Shown: positions 35,646-46,240, numbered from the stretch's first letter. The stretch is DNA of 64,000 nucleotides from Chitinophagaceae bacterium (GCA_031401115.1 JANNRE010000018.1:74233-138232), one strand, 5' to 3'. Notes: generated by a model not told the origin, from the letters alone. Numbers and translations: made by a program.

Positions 35646-37358
35646 ATGAAGTTTTTCATTCTTACATCTTACTTCCTCCTTCTTACATCTCTTGTTTTCT
35701 GTCAAACAAAATTCCTGATTCCCTATCCTTCCAAATTTGGAAATAAACCATTGGATGGAAGATTGCTTTTACTCATCAGTACCAATAAAAATGCAGAGCC
35801 AAGGTTTCAAATAAGCGATGGCCCACAAACACAACAGGTGTTTGGTATAAACGTAGATAACTGGAAACCCGGCGAAACAAAAACCATAGATGCCAAAGCT
35901 TTTGGTTACCCTGTTGAAAATATGAAGCAACTAAAAAGTGCCACCTATTCTGTGCAAGTAGTACTGCATAAATATGAAACCTTTAAACGCAAAGATGGAC
36001 ACACAATAAAACTTCCTATGGACAGAGGCGAAGGCCAACACTGGAATGAAGCACCTGGCAATTTGTACAACAAACCTCTACTGCTTCGTTTTAATAATGC
36101 AGGTGCTGATGCACATACCGTTAATCTTGATTCAGAAATACCACCCATTAAAGAACCGGAGGATACGAAGTACATCAAGCATATTAAAATACAAAGTAAG
36201 CTACTAACGGAGTTCTGGGGACGACCGATGTTTATTGGTGCACATGTATTGTTACCCGAAGGTTGGGACACACATCCCAATGTAAAATATCCGTTGGCTA
36301 TTTTTCATGGACATTTTCCTGATAACTTCAGCGGTTTCAGAACCACTCCCCCCGACCCCAATTTAAAACCCGACTACATTGCACGTTTTAATTTAACTGG
36401 CTATAACAAAATTGTACAGCAAGAAGAATATGATTTTTATAAACTGTGGAGTGGCCCCAATTTTCCAAGAGTGCTTGCCATAGAAATTCAACATCCTACT
36501 CCTTACTATGATGACAGCTATGCAGTAAACAGTGCCAACAATGGCCCTTATGGTGATGCCATTACATACGAACTGATTCCTGAAATTGAAAAACGATTTC
36601 GTGGTATCGGTGAAGGATGGGCGAGATTTATGTATGGCGGCAGTACAGGAGGATGGGAGGTGTTGGCTACACAACTATTTTATCCTGATGAGTACAATGG
36701 TTGTTATAGTGCCTGCCCCGACCCAATTGATTTCAGAGCTTATACTGTTGTAGATATTTACAAAGATAAAAATGCTTATTACATTGAAGGGCCTTTCAGA
36801 AAAACAGCACGGCCATCACACAGAAATTATCTTGGTCACATAGATGCATACTTAAGAGATTCTAATTTAAGAGAACTTGCATTAGGTACTAATAGCAGAA
36901 GCGGAGATCAATGGGATGTATGGGAAAGTGTGTACTCACCTGTGGGTGCTGATGGATATCCGCAACCCATTTGGAATAAGTACACTGGTGACATTGATTC
37001 AACTGTTGCACGCTATTGGAGAGACAATTATGATTTGGGCTATATACTGGAACGTGACTGGAGCAAGCTTGGCAATAAACTCAAAGGCAAAATCAAAATC
37101 TATTGTGGCGATATGGATAATTATTATTTGAACAATGCGGTGTATTTGTTTGAAGAGCGATTGAAGCGTTTAACCAATCCAAGTGCTGATGCATTTGTTG
37201 ACTATGGCGACAGGGCAGAGCATTGCTGGAATGGCGATCATACGCAACCGAATTATATTAGTCGTTTACGTTACAACCGATACTTTATTACCAAGTGGGC
37301 AGAAGAAGTAAAAACAAGAAGCCCGCAGGGAGTTGATTTGCAGAGTTGGAGGTATTAG
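35646..37358 (+). CDS. Secreted alpha/beta-hydrolase (putative esterase)
   Basis: Signal peptide, SKLLTEFWGR..HVLLP, GGSTGG nucleophile elbow, GDMD and GDRAEH. Confidence 0.8.
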   Translation: MKFFILTSYFLLLTSLVFCQTKFLIPYPSKFGNKPLDGRLLLLISTNKNAEPRFQISDGPQTQQVFGINVDNWKPGETKTIDAKAFGYPVENMKQLKSATYSVQVVLHKYETFKRKDGHTIKLPMDRGEGQHWNEAPGNLYNKPLLLRFNNAGADAHTVNLDSEIPPIKEPEDTKYIKHIKIQSKLLTEFWGRPMFIGAHVLLPEGWDTHPNVKYPLAIFHGHFPDNFSGFRTTPPDPNLKPDYIARFNLTGYNKIVQQEEYDFYKLWSGPNFPRVLAIEIQHPTPYYDDSYAVNSANNGPYGDAITYELIPEIEKRFRGIGEGWARFMYGGSTGGWEVLATQLFYPDEYNGCYSACPDPIDFRAYTVVDIYKDKNAYYIEGPFRKTARPSHRNYLGHIDAYLRDSNLRELALGTNSRSGDQWDVWESVYSPVGADGYPQPIWNKYTGDIDSTVARYWRDNYDLGYILERDWSKLGNKLKGKIKIYCGDMDNYYLNNAVYLFEERLKRLTNPSADAFVDYGDRAEHCWNGDHTQPNYISRLRYNRYFITKWAEEVKTRSPQGVDLQSWRY

Positions 37359-37537
37359 AAAGAAAATCAACAAAAAACAAGATGTAAAATTATTTGTGTT
37401 AGATAATGGCGGTGACGTCATTATCAACTAAATAAGAAAGCATCCCTAAATTTTATCAGGTTAAAATTTTTTAATACTTTAGTGCAAGCCATCTGTTGAT
37501 AACATAGAGTGAAAAACTGAAAACAAATTAAAAAACC

Positions 37538-38938
37538 ATGAAAAATATCTTATTACTTCAATTCGTTCATCTAATGTGTATTACTGGCTACTCGCAAACC
37601 ATAAATTTTAATTTAGCTAATCCGCAGCCCAACTTAGAGGAGGTTTGGGCTGGAACATTTGCCAGTGGCGACATTGATGGCGATGGTGATAAGGATTTAT
37701 TTATGACTGGTCAGACCCCTGCTATTCGAACAAAGCTTTATAAAAACGATGGAGCTGGAAATTTTACAGAAGTTACTACTGCTAATTTTCCTCTTTCAAG
37801 TACCAGTCAGGCCATTTTAAAGGATTTAGATAAAGATGGTGATTTAGATTTATTTTTCGCCGGACGAAGCCCATCAGGAGTAGTATTTACAAATATTTAT
37901 AAAAACGATGGCTTGGGTGGTTTTACCCAAGTTACCAATAATGCACTGCCAAAATTTTTCTGGACTTCTGGAGCAGCTATTGAAGATGTAGATAATGATG
38001 GAGACCAGGATATTGTCATTTCTGCTTCAGCAACTACAGGTTTTGTAGCTGATGTGTATTTAAACGACGGCAATGCCGTTTTTTCTGCTCAAGGCAGCAC
38101 TACTTTTACTGCAGTTAGAGGAGCTGTAGAATTTATAGATATTGAGAAAGATGGCGATAAAGACGTTGTTATCTCTGGCAGTGACGCCAGTAACGTTTCT
38201 TCCATTAAATTGTATCAAAATGATGGCTCAGGTAATTTTACATTGAATACTAATTCAACATTCGCTCCTCTTCGGGGAGAAGATATTGACGTAGCAGATA
38301 CAGATAATGATGGTGATTTTGACTTTCTGGTAAATGGAAATAATCAAAACCTATTGTATACCAATAATGGTTCGGGTATTTTTACACAAATTATCACTAC
38401 GCTACAACCAACTACAGCCGGACAAAACGCTATTGCAGATTTAGATAATGATGGTGATCAAGATTTACTAATTGTAGGTACTCAACCAGGTGGATTACCA
38501 AACATTTACAATATTGTTTACCAAAATATAGGCAATAATATATTTATTCCTGCAGATACATTGGGCGGTGAATATATAGCTAACTGTGTTGTAGACGATT
38601 TTACCGGTGATGGATTTAAAGACATTATTATTCAAGGATTTGCAGCTCAAACAAATGTGTACTGGAATTCTTCAATAATTTCAAGTGTATCGAACTCAAT
38701 TGCATCAAATCTAATAATAACTTATTTTCCAAATCCAACACATGATTTTGTTACTTTCAATTTGAAAGAAAAAGTTGAAAGTCTTGTATTATTTAATTTA
38801 TCAGGCCAAGAAGTTTTAACGAAACAAATTAATAGCAAACAATTTGTTTTAGATATTAGCACTCTATCAAACGGGATTTATTTTGCTAAGTTGAATTCAA
38901 AGAGAAACTCACAAACCGTTAAATTAATGAAATTTTAA
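37538..38938 (+). CDS. FG-GAP/VCBS-repeat protein with T9SS type A sorting domain
   Basis: Seven DxDxDGDxD repeats; C-terminal YFPNPTHD...LSNGIYFAK...TVKLMK. Confidence 0.9.
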   Translation: MKNILLLQFVHLMCITGYSQTINFNLANPQPNLEEVWAGTFASGDIDGDGDKDLFMTGQTPAIRTKLYKNDGAGNFTEVTTANFPLSSTSQAILKDLDKDGDLDLFFAGRSPSGVVFTNIYKNDGLGGFTQVTNNALPKFFWTSGAAIEDVDNDGDQDIVISASATTGFVADVYLNDGNAVFSAQGSTTFTAVRGAVEFIDIEKDGDKDVVISGSDASNVSSIKLYQNDGSGNFTLNTNSTFAPLRGEDIDVADTDNDGDFDFLVNGNNQNLLYTNNGSGIFTQIITTLQPTTAGQNAIADLDNDGDQDLLIVGTQPGGLPNIYNIVYQNIGNNIFIPADTLGGEYIANCVVDDFTGDGFKDIIIQGFAAQTNVYWNSSIISSVSNSIASNLIITYFPNPTHDFVTFNLKEKVESLVLFNLSGQEVLTKQINSKQFVLDISTLSNGIYFAKLNSKRNSQTVKLMKF

Positions 38939-38991
38939 ATTTAACCGCTGATAATGAGATGGCCCGTGAAGAAACAAACAGAAGTAACTCT

Positions 38992-40278
38992 TTACCCTAC
39001 CATCTCTCTCACCGCCTTCACCAATCGATCCAAATCTTTTGTTGATGTGTACACATGCGGTGTTACTCTTGTGCCGTGTATATTTTCCCAGTCAATAGAA
39101 ACAGTATGAATTTTATGCTTAGAATGCAAAATTCCTGCAACCTCAGCCGGCTTGATTCCTTCAATGGCAAAATTTGAAATGGCGCAATAGAATTTTTTAT
39201 TCTTTGGTTGAAGAAAAGAAACACGTTTTAAATCTTTCACTTTATCATTCCAGTAATCGGTTAAAAAACGCAGCCGTTCTTCTTTGCGTTTGCTGCCCAT
39301 CACATTATGAAAATCCACCGCATTTCCAATGGCCATTTCACTAGCAAAAGATCTTGTACCAAGGCTTTCAAATTTTCGTATGTCTGTTCCATCGGGTTCG
39401 GTATTACTCAACAATGCCCAGATGTTTTTTATTTTTTCTTTCTTAATCCAAAGCAGTCCACTACCAAACGGAGCACATAACCACTTGTGAAGTGATGTAG
39501 CAAAATAATCGCAACCCAGCTCTGGTATTTTAAAATCTGTATGCCCAAAAGAATGGGCACCATCGCTAATTACTTCTATTCCACGTTTATGTGCTTCATC
39601 AGCTATCTTTTTTATAGGCAAAAATTGTCCAGTCCAATTAATTAAATGTGTTACATGCACAATTTTTGTTTTGGAAGTAAACGCATTGACATATTGCTGT
39701 ACAATTGCATCTTCATTTTCTTCAGGTAAATTTAAATTGAGCCACACTAATTTTATTCCATCCCGTTTTTCTCTTTGCTTCCAGGCATTGATCATGTTGG
39801 GATAATCCTGTTTAGTCAACACAATTTCATCCCCTGCTTTTAAATTCAAACCAAAGATCACAGTGTTTAATCCTTCTGTTGCATTGCGGTTAATGGCGAG
39901 TTCTTCTGCACTGCATCCTGCCAACTCTGCCAGTTTATTACGCAGTCCTTCTCTTCCCTCATCCAGTGTGCGCCACATATAATAACTCGGCGCTTCATTG
40001 CTGAACTGATAAAAACGGATATGCGCATCTTGTACCACCTTTGGCTGCGGACTTACACCACCATTGTTGAGGTTTAATAAATTGGGTGATACAGTGAATT
40101 GTTCTTTTATCCATCCCCAAAAATCTTCATCCTGCACCGCATCAACATCATTCAATAAATGAAAATGCCGAAAGCGATATTCTGCTTCGGTTGCAAAAGC
40201 TTTATTTGCTAAAGGAAAAAAAGTGAATGCTCCTGTTGCAGCAGTGAGCTGACTTAAAAATTTTCTGCGGGATGGCAT
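38992..40278 (-). CDS. Class V PLP-dependent aminotransferase (cysteine desulfurase / isopenicillin-N epimerase-like) with Tat signal
   Basis: SRRKFL leader, LNNGGVSP, DGAH and SLHKWL (PLP Lys). Confidence 0.88.
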   Translation of the reverse strand: MPSRRKFLSQLTAATGAFTFFPLANKAFATEAEYRFRHFHLLNDVDAVQDEDFWGWIKEQFTVSPNLLNLNNGGVSPQPKVVQDAHIRFYQFSNEAPSYYMWRTLDEGREGLRNKLAELAGCSAEELAINRNATEGLNTVIFGLNLKAGDEIVLTKQDYPNMINAWKQREKRDGIKLVWLNLNLPEENEDAIVQQYVNAFTSKTKIVHVTHLINWTGQFLPIKKIADEAHKRGIEVISDGAHSFGHTDFKIPELGCDYFATSLHKWLCAPFGSGLLWIKKEKIKNIWALLSNTEPDGTDIRKFESLGTRSFASEMAIGNAVDFHNVMGSKRKEERLRFLTDYWNDKVKDLKRVSFLQPKNKKFYCAISNFAIEGIKPAEVAGILHSKHKIHTVSIDWENIHGTRVTPHVYTSTKDLDRLVKAVREMVG

Positions 40279-40368
40279 GGCAGTTTAGTTTGTTTAAAGT
40301 TAGGAATATAGATTCACTGATTCAAATGATGCAACTGATGAACACAGATAAAATCAGTGAATAATCCT

Positions 40369-41610
40369 TTACATCTGCTTCATCTGTGAATCTATCGCCT
40401 TGGCTGCAATAAACCCGCTCGTCCATGCATGTTGAAAATTGAATCCTCCTGTTACTCCATCCACATCCAAAATTTCACCTGCAAAAAACAAGTTGGGCTG
40501 CAGTTTACTTTGCATGGTATTAGCGTCCACTTCTTTTAAATCAACACCACCTGCTGTAACAAACTCTTCCTTAAAAGTTGTTTTGCCCTGGACGTTAAAT
40601 TCATGATTGATTAAAAGCTGAATGAGTTTATTTTGTGCTTTTACCGGCAAATCAGCCCAACGCATATCTTCTGTTATTGCTGATTGCTGTAATAAAAATT
40701 GCCACAAACGGTTGGGCAGTTGAAATAAATTACTGTTGCTTATTTTTTTTGACCCATTATTGTTTCTTGTTTCTTGCGTTTTATTTTTTATTTCTTCCTC
40801 TTTTGCATCACCCAGCCAGTTCACAGAAATTGTGAAATGATAATTCATCTTCTGCAATTCTCTAGCACCCCATGCAGAAAGTTTTAATACACAGGGACCG
40901 CTCATTCCCCAATGAGTAATGAGCAATGGGCCGCTGTTTTTTAATTTGGTTGCTTGAATTTTTATTGTTGCATTGGGCACACTCACTCCCATCAGTTCAG
41001 TAATAGGATGCTTTGGAATATTAAAAGTGAACAAAGATGGAACAGGTTCAACAATTGTATGACCTGTTTCTTTTAACCAATCAAATTGAGACAACTTTGG
41101 GAAACCACCACTTGCTACACAAACAAAATCTGCAGTAAAATTTTCTCCCGATTTTAAAGCAATTCTCCATTGTCCATTATCCATTATTAATTCAACAACC
41201 TCACGGTTCATCAAAATTTCCACTCCATAAACATTTACTTCTTTCATTAAACAATCAATAATGGTTTGCGATGAATTGGTAACAGGAAACATTCTGCCAT
41301 CTGTTTCTGTCTTTAACTTCACTCCACAGTTTTCAAACCACTCAATAGTATCTGTTGTAAAAAATTGATGAAATGCTTTGCGTACAAAATGTTCTCCTCT
41401 GGGGTATTTTGTACTCATCTCTTTCATATCAAAGCAAGCATGCGTTACATTACATCGTCCGCCACCACTTACTTTTACTTTAGAAAGAAGTTTGTTTGAT
41501 TTTTCTAATAGTACAACTTTCAATGCAGGGTTCATCCTTGCTGCATTCACTGCACAAAAAAAACCTGCTGCGCCGCCGCCGATTACAATTAAGGTTTTAG
41601 AATTATTCAT
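40369..41610 (-). CDS. HI0933/YhiN/BaiN family flavoprotein
   Basis: GGGAAG, SGGGRCNVT, GRMFP, THWGMSGP, VTAGGV and GGFNFQHAW. Confidence 0.93.
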   Translation of the reverse strand: MNNSKTLIVIGGGAAGFFCAVNAARMNPALKVVLLEKSNKLLSKVKVSGGGRCNVTHACFDMKEMSTKYPRGEHFVRKAFHQFFTTDTIEWFENCGVKLKTETDGRMFPVTNSSQTIIDCLMKEVNVYGVEILMNREVVELIMDNGQWRIALKSGENFTADFVCVASGGFPKLSQFDWLKETGHTIVEPVPSLFTFNIPKHPITELMGVSVPNATIKIQATKLKNSGPLLITHWGMSGPCVLKLSAWGARELQKMNYHFTISVNWLGDAKEEEIKNKTQETRNNNGSKKISNSNLFQLPNRLWQFLLQQSAITEDMRWADLPVKAQNKLIQLLINHEFNVQGKTTFKEEFVTAGGVDLKEVDANTMQSKLQPNLFFAGEILDVDGVTGGFNFQHAWTSGFIAAKAIDSQMKQM

Positions 41611-43145
41611 CACTTCATCATCATCAATGCTGCAAAAGTTTCTATCCCATTCCAGAAATTCAGCAAACGTATATTTTCATTCTCCGCATGTTGGTTATTG
41701 TCATGATTGGCAATAGGAACTGTAATTGTTTTTGCTTTTAAATATTGTTCAAATACAAACAATGGCAAACTGCCCCCCAGTGTAGGCATCAGTACTACTT
41801 TTTCTTTCATGGTTGATTGTACTGCCGCAATTACTTTTTGTGCAATGGGCAAATCCAAAGATGTTTTTTGTGCATTGTATCCACTACTCAAGGTTACTTT
41901 CGCAATTTTTGTGTACTTGCTTCTTTCCTCATCTGTAGGTTCATTTTCTGTAACATAATATCCTTCAGCTTTAATATGAGCTACTACTTTTTGTTGCTGC
42001 TTTTTCCAATCATTCCCTGCTACCAATCTCAAATCAAGAACGGCTGTTGCCGAAGTATTAATTACATTGCTTGCATTCTTGCCAACATTGCCACTTTGCA
42101 TTCCGTTGATATTAAGCGTCGGCAGATTTATTGCTTCTGCCAGTGACATGCCTGGTATTTCCTGCTGACTAAAACCAAGTTCTTCTTTCATTTGTATATC
42201 CACAGGCGGAACTTCGTTCAATGCTTTTTTTTCACCGGCTGTTAATGGAATCACATCACTATAAAAATCCTTAACCAATACTTTCCCGTTTTTATCTTTC
42301 ATAGATGTAAGCAACTGACTTAACAGCATGGCAGGGTTTGGTGCCCAGTTTCCATAATGGCCGCTGTGCAAAGGACGCTTGCTTCCATATACTGTAACAG
42401 TCACATGTGCATCGCCTCTAACGCCAAACACCACTTGCTTTAATCCTGATTGATGCACCGGCCCATCGCAGATAATCCATAAATCACTTTGCAGTAATGA
42501 AATATTTGATTGCAGTATTTCAAATAAATGATCACTGCCTGTTTCTTCTTCGCCTTCAAAAAAGAATTTGATATTCACCGTTGGTTTCATTCCACTTTTT
42601 ACAATTGCATCATAGGCATTGAGTATGGCCATCACACCTGCTTTATCATCACTTGCACCTCTGCTGTAAATTCTCCATTGCGGATCGTAAGCTTTTTCTT
42701 TTGTTGGAAATTCGATGATCGTTCCATTTTTCTCTATAGAAGCATTCATTAAAGTGGGTACAAAAGGAGAAAGTCCTTTTGCCCATTGTGCAGCATTCAC
42801 CGGTTGTCCGTCGTAATGTGCATAAAAGATAATTGTTTGAGTGGCACCAGGTGTAATCACTTCACCATACACAGCAGGAAATGCTTTTGAAGTGGTGGCA
42901 TGAAGCAGTTGTACTTTTCCAATTCCTCTTGCATTCATGGCCTGCATTATGAACTCTGCATTACGTTGAATGTTTACAGAATCATTGGTAACGTTTGGTA
43001 TAGAAAGTAGCGAAACAAACTCTGAAATCATTTTATGTTCGTTGGCTTCTCTGTACTTTCTGATTTTTAATACATCAGCAGTTTGCCCAAATAAAAAATG
43101 AGTGAAGCAAACAGCCACACTCATTGTTATCATTTTTTTTATCAT
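41610..43145 (-). CDS. M20/M25/M40 metallopeptidase (secreted)
   Basis: Signal peptide, AHYDGQP, RGASDDK, EGEEETGS, HSGHYG and NQHAENEN. Confidence 0.9.
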   Translation of the reverse strand: MIKKMITMSVAVCFTHFLFGQTADVLKIRKYREANEHKMISEFVSLLSIPNVTNDSVNIQRNAEFIMQAMNARGIGKVQLLHATTSKAFPAVYGEVITPGATQTIIFYAHYDGQPVNAAQWAKGLSPFVPTLMNASIEKNGTIIEFPTKEKAYDPQWRIYSRGASDDKAGVMAILNAYDAIVKSGMKPTVNIKFFFEGEEETGSDHLFEILQSNISLLQSDLWIICDGPVHQSGLKQVVFGVRGDAHVTVTVYGSKRPLHSGHYGNWAPNPAMLLSQLLTSMKDKNGKVLVKDFYSDVIPLTAGEKKALNEVPPVDIQMKEELGFSQQEIPGMSLAEAINLPTLNINGMQSGNVGKNASNVINTSATAVLDLRLVAGNDWKKQQQKVVAHIKAEGYYVTENEPTDEERSKYTKIAKVTLSSGYNAQKTSLDLPIAQKVIAAVQSTMKEKVVLMPTLGGSLPLFVFEQYLKAKTITVPIANHDNNQHAENENIRLLNFWNGIETFAALMMMK

Positions 43146-43179
43146 ACACTTTTGTTAGAAGTGTAATTTACATAAACCA

Positions 43180-43986
43180 TTAATAATAACTGGCATCCAA
43201 ATTTGGATTGCTTTTCTCCGCTGCCTCAATAGCAACAAACGAAGAAAGTATATCAGCCTTGCCCTTCTTTACGCAAACAGTATGTTCATAGTGTGCGCTG
43301 GGCTTGTGATCAGTTGTTACCACTGTCCATCCGTCTTCTGCATGATACACATCTTTTGTACCGAGGTTAATCATTGGCTCAATACAGATCACGGTTCCTT
43401 CTTTAATCTTTGGGCCTGTTCCTCTCTTACCATAGTTAGGCACTTGTGGTTCTTCATGCAAATTTCTTCCAATACCATGACCAACTAATTCTCTCACCAC
43501 ACCATATCCATTTTCTTTTTCTGTGTAATGTTGTATTGCATAACCAATATCTCCAACCCTATTTCCATGTACTGCTTTTTCAATTCCTTTGTAAAGCGAT
43601 TCTTTAGTAATACGCAACAGTTTTTTTACTTCATCAGTGGTGCTGCCAATAATAAATGTATAAGCACTATCGCCGTGATAGCCATTGATAAATGCACCGG
43701 CATCAACCGATATAATATCTCCTTCCTTTAATGGAATATTTGTTGGAAAACCATGCACCACCGCTTCATTAACCGAAATGCAACTTGCAAACGGGTAACT
43801 ATTTTGATAATTTTTAAAAGAAGGGATGGCTTTGTTATCAAGAAAAAATTGTTCCAGCCTTGCATCTACCTGCATGGTGGTAACTCCTGCTTTGAGCATT
43901 TTTCCTGCTTCAGCAATAGCATCACCCACAAGCAATGCGCTTTTGCGGATCAATTCAATTTCAACAGGTGAACGATAATGTATCAT
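43180..43986 (-). CDS. map: Methionine aminopeptidase type I
   Basis: CISVNEAVVHG, DAG, DSAYT, GHGIG...HEEP, IEPMIN and SAHYEHT. Start set at MIHYR. Confidence 0.97.
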   Translation of the reverse strand: MIHYRSPVEIELIRKSALLVGDAIAEAGKMLKAGVTTMQVDARLEQFFLDNKAIPSFKNYQNSYPFASCISVNEAVVHGFPTNIPLKEGDIISVDAGAFINGYHGDSAYTFIIGSTTDEVKKLLRITKESLYKGIEKAVHGNRVGDIGYAIQHYTEKENGYGVVRELVGHGIGRNLHEEPQVPNYGKRGTGPKIKEGTVICIEPMINLGTKDVYHAEDGWTVVTTDHKPSAHYEHTVCVKKGKADILSSFVAIEAAEKSNPNLDASYY

Positions 43987-43998
43987 AATTTTTTTATC

Positions 43999-44028
43999 AA
44001 AAAACCCCGGCAATGATCGCCGGGGTTT
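43999..44028 (-). terminator. Terminator hairpin after secY
   Basis: AAACCCCGGC-aatgatc-GCCGGGGTTT with a minus-strand T-run. Confidence 0.75.
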
Positions 44029-44049
44029 CATTGTATTACAAACAAGTTA

Positions 44050-45390
44050 TTAAATAGTTGAGGAAGATACTGTTTGGCGACTTTGTATCTTTCCACCTTT
44101 CATTAAACCATCATACTGACGCATGAGTAAATGTGTTTCAATTTGCTGGAGTGTATCTAATACCACACCAACCATAATCAATAAAGAAGTACCTCCAAAA
44201 AATGTAGAGAATCCACTTGTTACTCCCAGATTTTTTGCAATACCAGGCATGATACCAACAATAGCAAGAAAGATGGCACCCGGCAACGTAATACGATCCA
44301 TGATTGATCCAATATAATCAGCAGTAGGTTGTCCTGGTTTTACACCCGGAATAAACCCATTGTTCTGTTTCAAATTATCAGCAATTTGCTTTGGATTAAA
44401 AATCAAAGCTGTGTACAGGAAGGTAAATCCAATAACAAGAATTGAATAAATAACCATGTACCAAATATTTCCATGATCGCTCAATGTAGCTGCAATTCCT
44501 TTTGTGGCCTGAAAGCCTACTAATAAAGTGGGCAAAAACATAATTGCCTGAGCAAAAATGATAGGCATTACACCACTGCTGTTTACTTTAATGGGCAAAA
44601 ATTGTCTGGCACCGCCAAACTGTTTATTACCTACAATTTGTTTTGCATAGTTAATGGCAATTTTTCGAACACCCTGTACCAGCACAATTAATCCCATAAT
44701 GATTGCAATTAACACAGCAATTTCAATCATGAAAATTAAGAGACCACCACCACCACGGTTCATACGGGAATCAAATTCTGCTGCAATAGATGCAGGGAAA
44801 CGGGCAAGGATACCAATCATAATGATGAGTGAAGTGCCATTACCTAAACCTTTATCAGTAATACGTTCGCCGAGCCACATTACAAACAATGTACCTGCGG
44901 TTAATATGATAGTAGTAGATAACCAAAAGTAAGGAGTGAAAGATGCTGCAATTGCATTACCTGCCACATTCGGATCTCTCAAATAAGCAACATACGCACT
45001 CGCTTGAAAAATAGTAACAATTACGGTGAGGTATCTTGTCCACTGATTTATTTTCTTACGTCCGCTATCACCTTCTTTCTGCATTTTTTGTATCTGCGGA
45101 ACAAGGATGGTCATCAACTGCATAAAGATGGATGCAGAAATATAAGGCATAATACCCAATGCAAAAATGGAAGCACTCGAAAATGCACCACCTGCAAATG
45201 AATCAAAAATGCCAAGCAAACCGCCCTGTGCTTTTTTGCTGAATTCTTCTAATCCATTCGGATCAACACCGGGCAATACAATATGTGAGCCTATACGATA
45301 TACTAAAAGCAATAAAAGAGTGTAAATGATTTTATCTTTTAACTCTTCAATGCTCCAGATATTCTTAAAAGTTTGTATGAGTTTCTTCAC
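44050..45390 (-). CDS. secY: Preprotein translocase subunit SecY
   Basis: SIFALGIMPYISASI, WLGE.IT.KGLGNG.S, GFIPGVKPG and FGGTSLLI. Confidence 0.98.
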   Translation of the reverse strand: MKKLIQTFKNIWSIEELKDKIIYTLLLLLVYRIGSHIVLPGVDPNGLEEFSKKAQGGLLGIFDSFAGGAFSSASIFALGIMPYISASIFMQLMTILVPQIQKMQKEGDSGRKKINQWTRYLTVIVTIFQASAYVAYLRDPNVAGNAIAASFTPYFWLSTTIILTAGTLFVMWLGERITDKGLGNGTSLIIMIGILARFPASIAAEFDSRMNRGGGGLLIFMIEIAVLIAIIMGLIVLVQGVRKIAINYAKQIVGNKQFGGARQFLPIKVNSSGVMPIIFAQAIMFLPTLLVGFQATKGIAATLSDHGNIWYMVIYSILVIGFTFLYTALIFNPKQIADNLKQNNGFIPGVKPGQPTADYIGSIMDRITLPGAIFLAIVGIMPGIAKNLGVTSGFSTFFGGTSLLIMVGVVLDTLQQIETHLLMRQYDGLMKGGKIQSRQTVSSSTI

Positions 45391-45422
45391 TGTAAAATTT
45401 CTTTTATAAAATTACTCTTAAC

Positions 45423-45447
45423 AAAAAACGACGCAGTAAATGCGTCG
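45423..45447 (-). terminator. Terminator-like hairpin between rplO and secY
   Basis: CGACGCA-gtaaa-TGCGTCG followed by 6 T on the minus strand. Confidence 0.5.
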
Positions 45448-45464
45448 GGCAAATATCGGTAAAA

Positions 45465-45914
45465 TTATCTTACAACTTCTACTGTTCCGCCTGTAGCTTC
45501 AATAGCAGCTTTTGCTTTTTCACTTACTGCGTTAACTTTAAAAGTAAGCTTGGTTTTTATTTCACCATTTGATAATATTTTAACCCTATCAGTACGGTTC
45601 ACTAAACCATTGATGTATAAATTCTCAACAGAAAATTCTGTAAAGCCATATTTTTCTGAAAGAGTTTCTACCTGACCTAAGTTGAATACTTTGTACTCAA
45701 TACGATCCGGATTTTTAAATCCACGCTTTGGTACACGACGCTGAATAGGCATCTGCCCGCCTTCATGTGCTCTTTTGTTTTTAAAACCGGCACGACTTTG
45801 TCCGCCCTTATTACCTTTTGTAGATGTACCACCCTTACCGGATGCTTCACCACGACCTATACGCTTTTCTTTGTGAGTAGAACCTTCAGCAGGTTTTAAA
45901 TTGTGCAGTTTCAT
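45465..45914 (-). CDS. rplO: 50S ribosomal protein L15
   Basis: MKLHNLKPAEGS..KRIGRG, EGGQMP..RRVPKRGF. Confidence 0.97.
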   Translation of the reverse strand: MKLHNLKPAEGSTHKEKRIGRGEASGKGGTSTKGNKGGQSRAGFKNKRAHEGGQMPIQRRVPKRGFKNPDRIEYKVFNLGQVETLSEKYGFTEFSVENLYINGLVNRTDRVKILSNGEIKTKLTFKVNAVSEKAKAAIEATGGTVEVVR

Positions 45915-46001
45915 CTTTTATTGATTTTGTACTTTCGGGGAATCACCCCTCGCTTTTAATATTAAATAATGTATTACTTTATAAAAAAGTCAATACTTAC
46001 A

Positions 46002-46184
46002 TTAGCCTAATTCTTCCACTTTCAGTAAATGATTTACTTTCACAATCATTCCTAAAATTTGTGGTGTACCAATTACTTCTTTAGATGAATTTGTTTTATT
46101 CAATCCCAAAGCAATCAGTGTTTGCTTCTGACGTTCTGATCTGTCAATTGGGCTTTTTACTAAAGTTATTTTTATCTTTTTCAT
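46002..46184 (-). CDS. rpmD: 50S ribosomal protein L30
   Basis: IKITLVKSPI...QTLIALGL; expected position in the spc operon. Confidence 0.95.
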   Translation of the reverse strand: MKKIKITLVKSPIDRSERQKQTLIALGLNKTNSSKEVIGTPQILGMIVKVNHLLKVEELG

Positions 46185-46240
46185 ATCTCAGTCTTTTTTT
46201 GACTGCCGACTGCCGACTTGCGACTGACGACTGTATTCAA

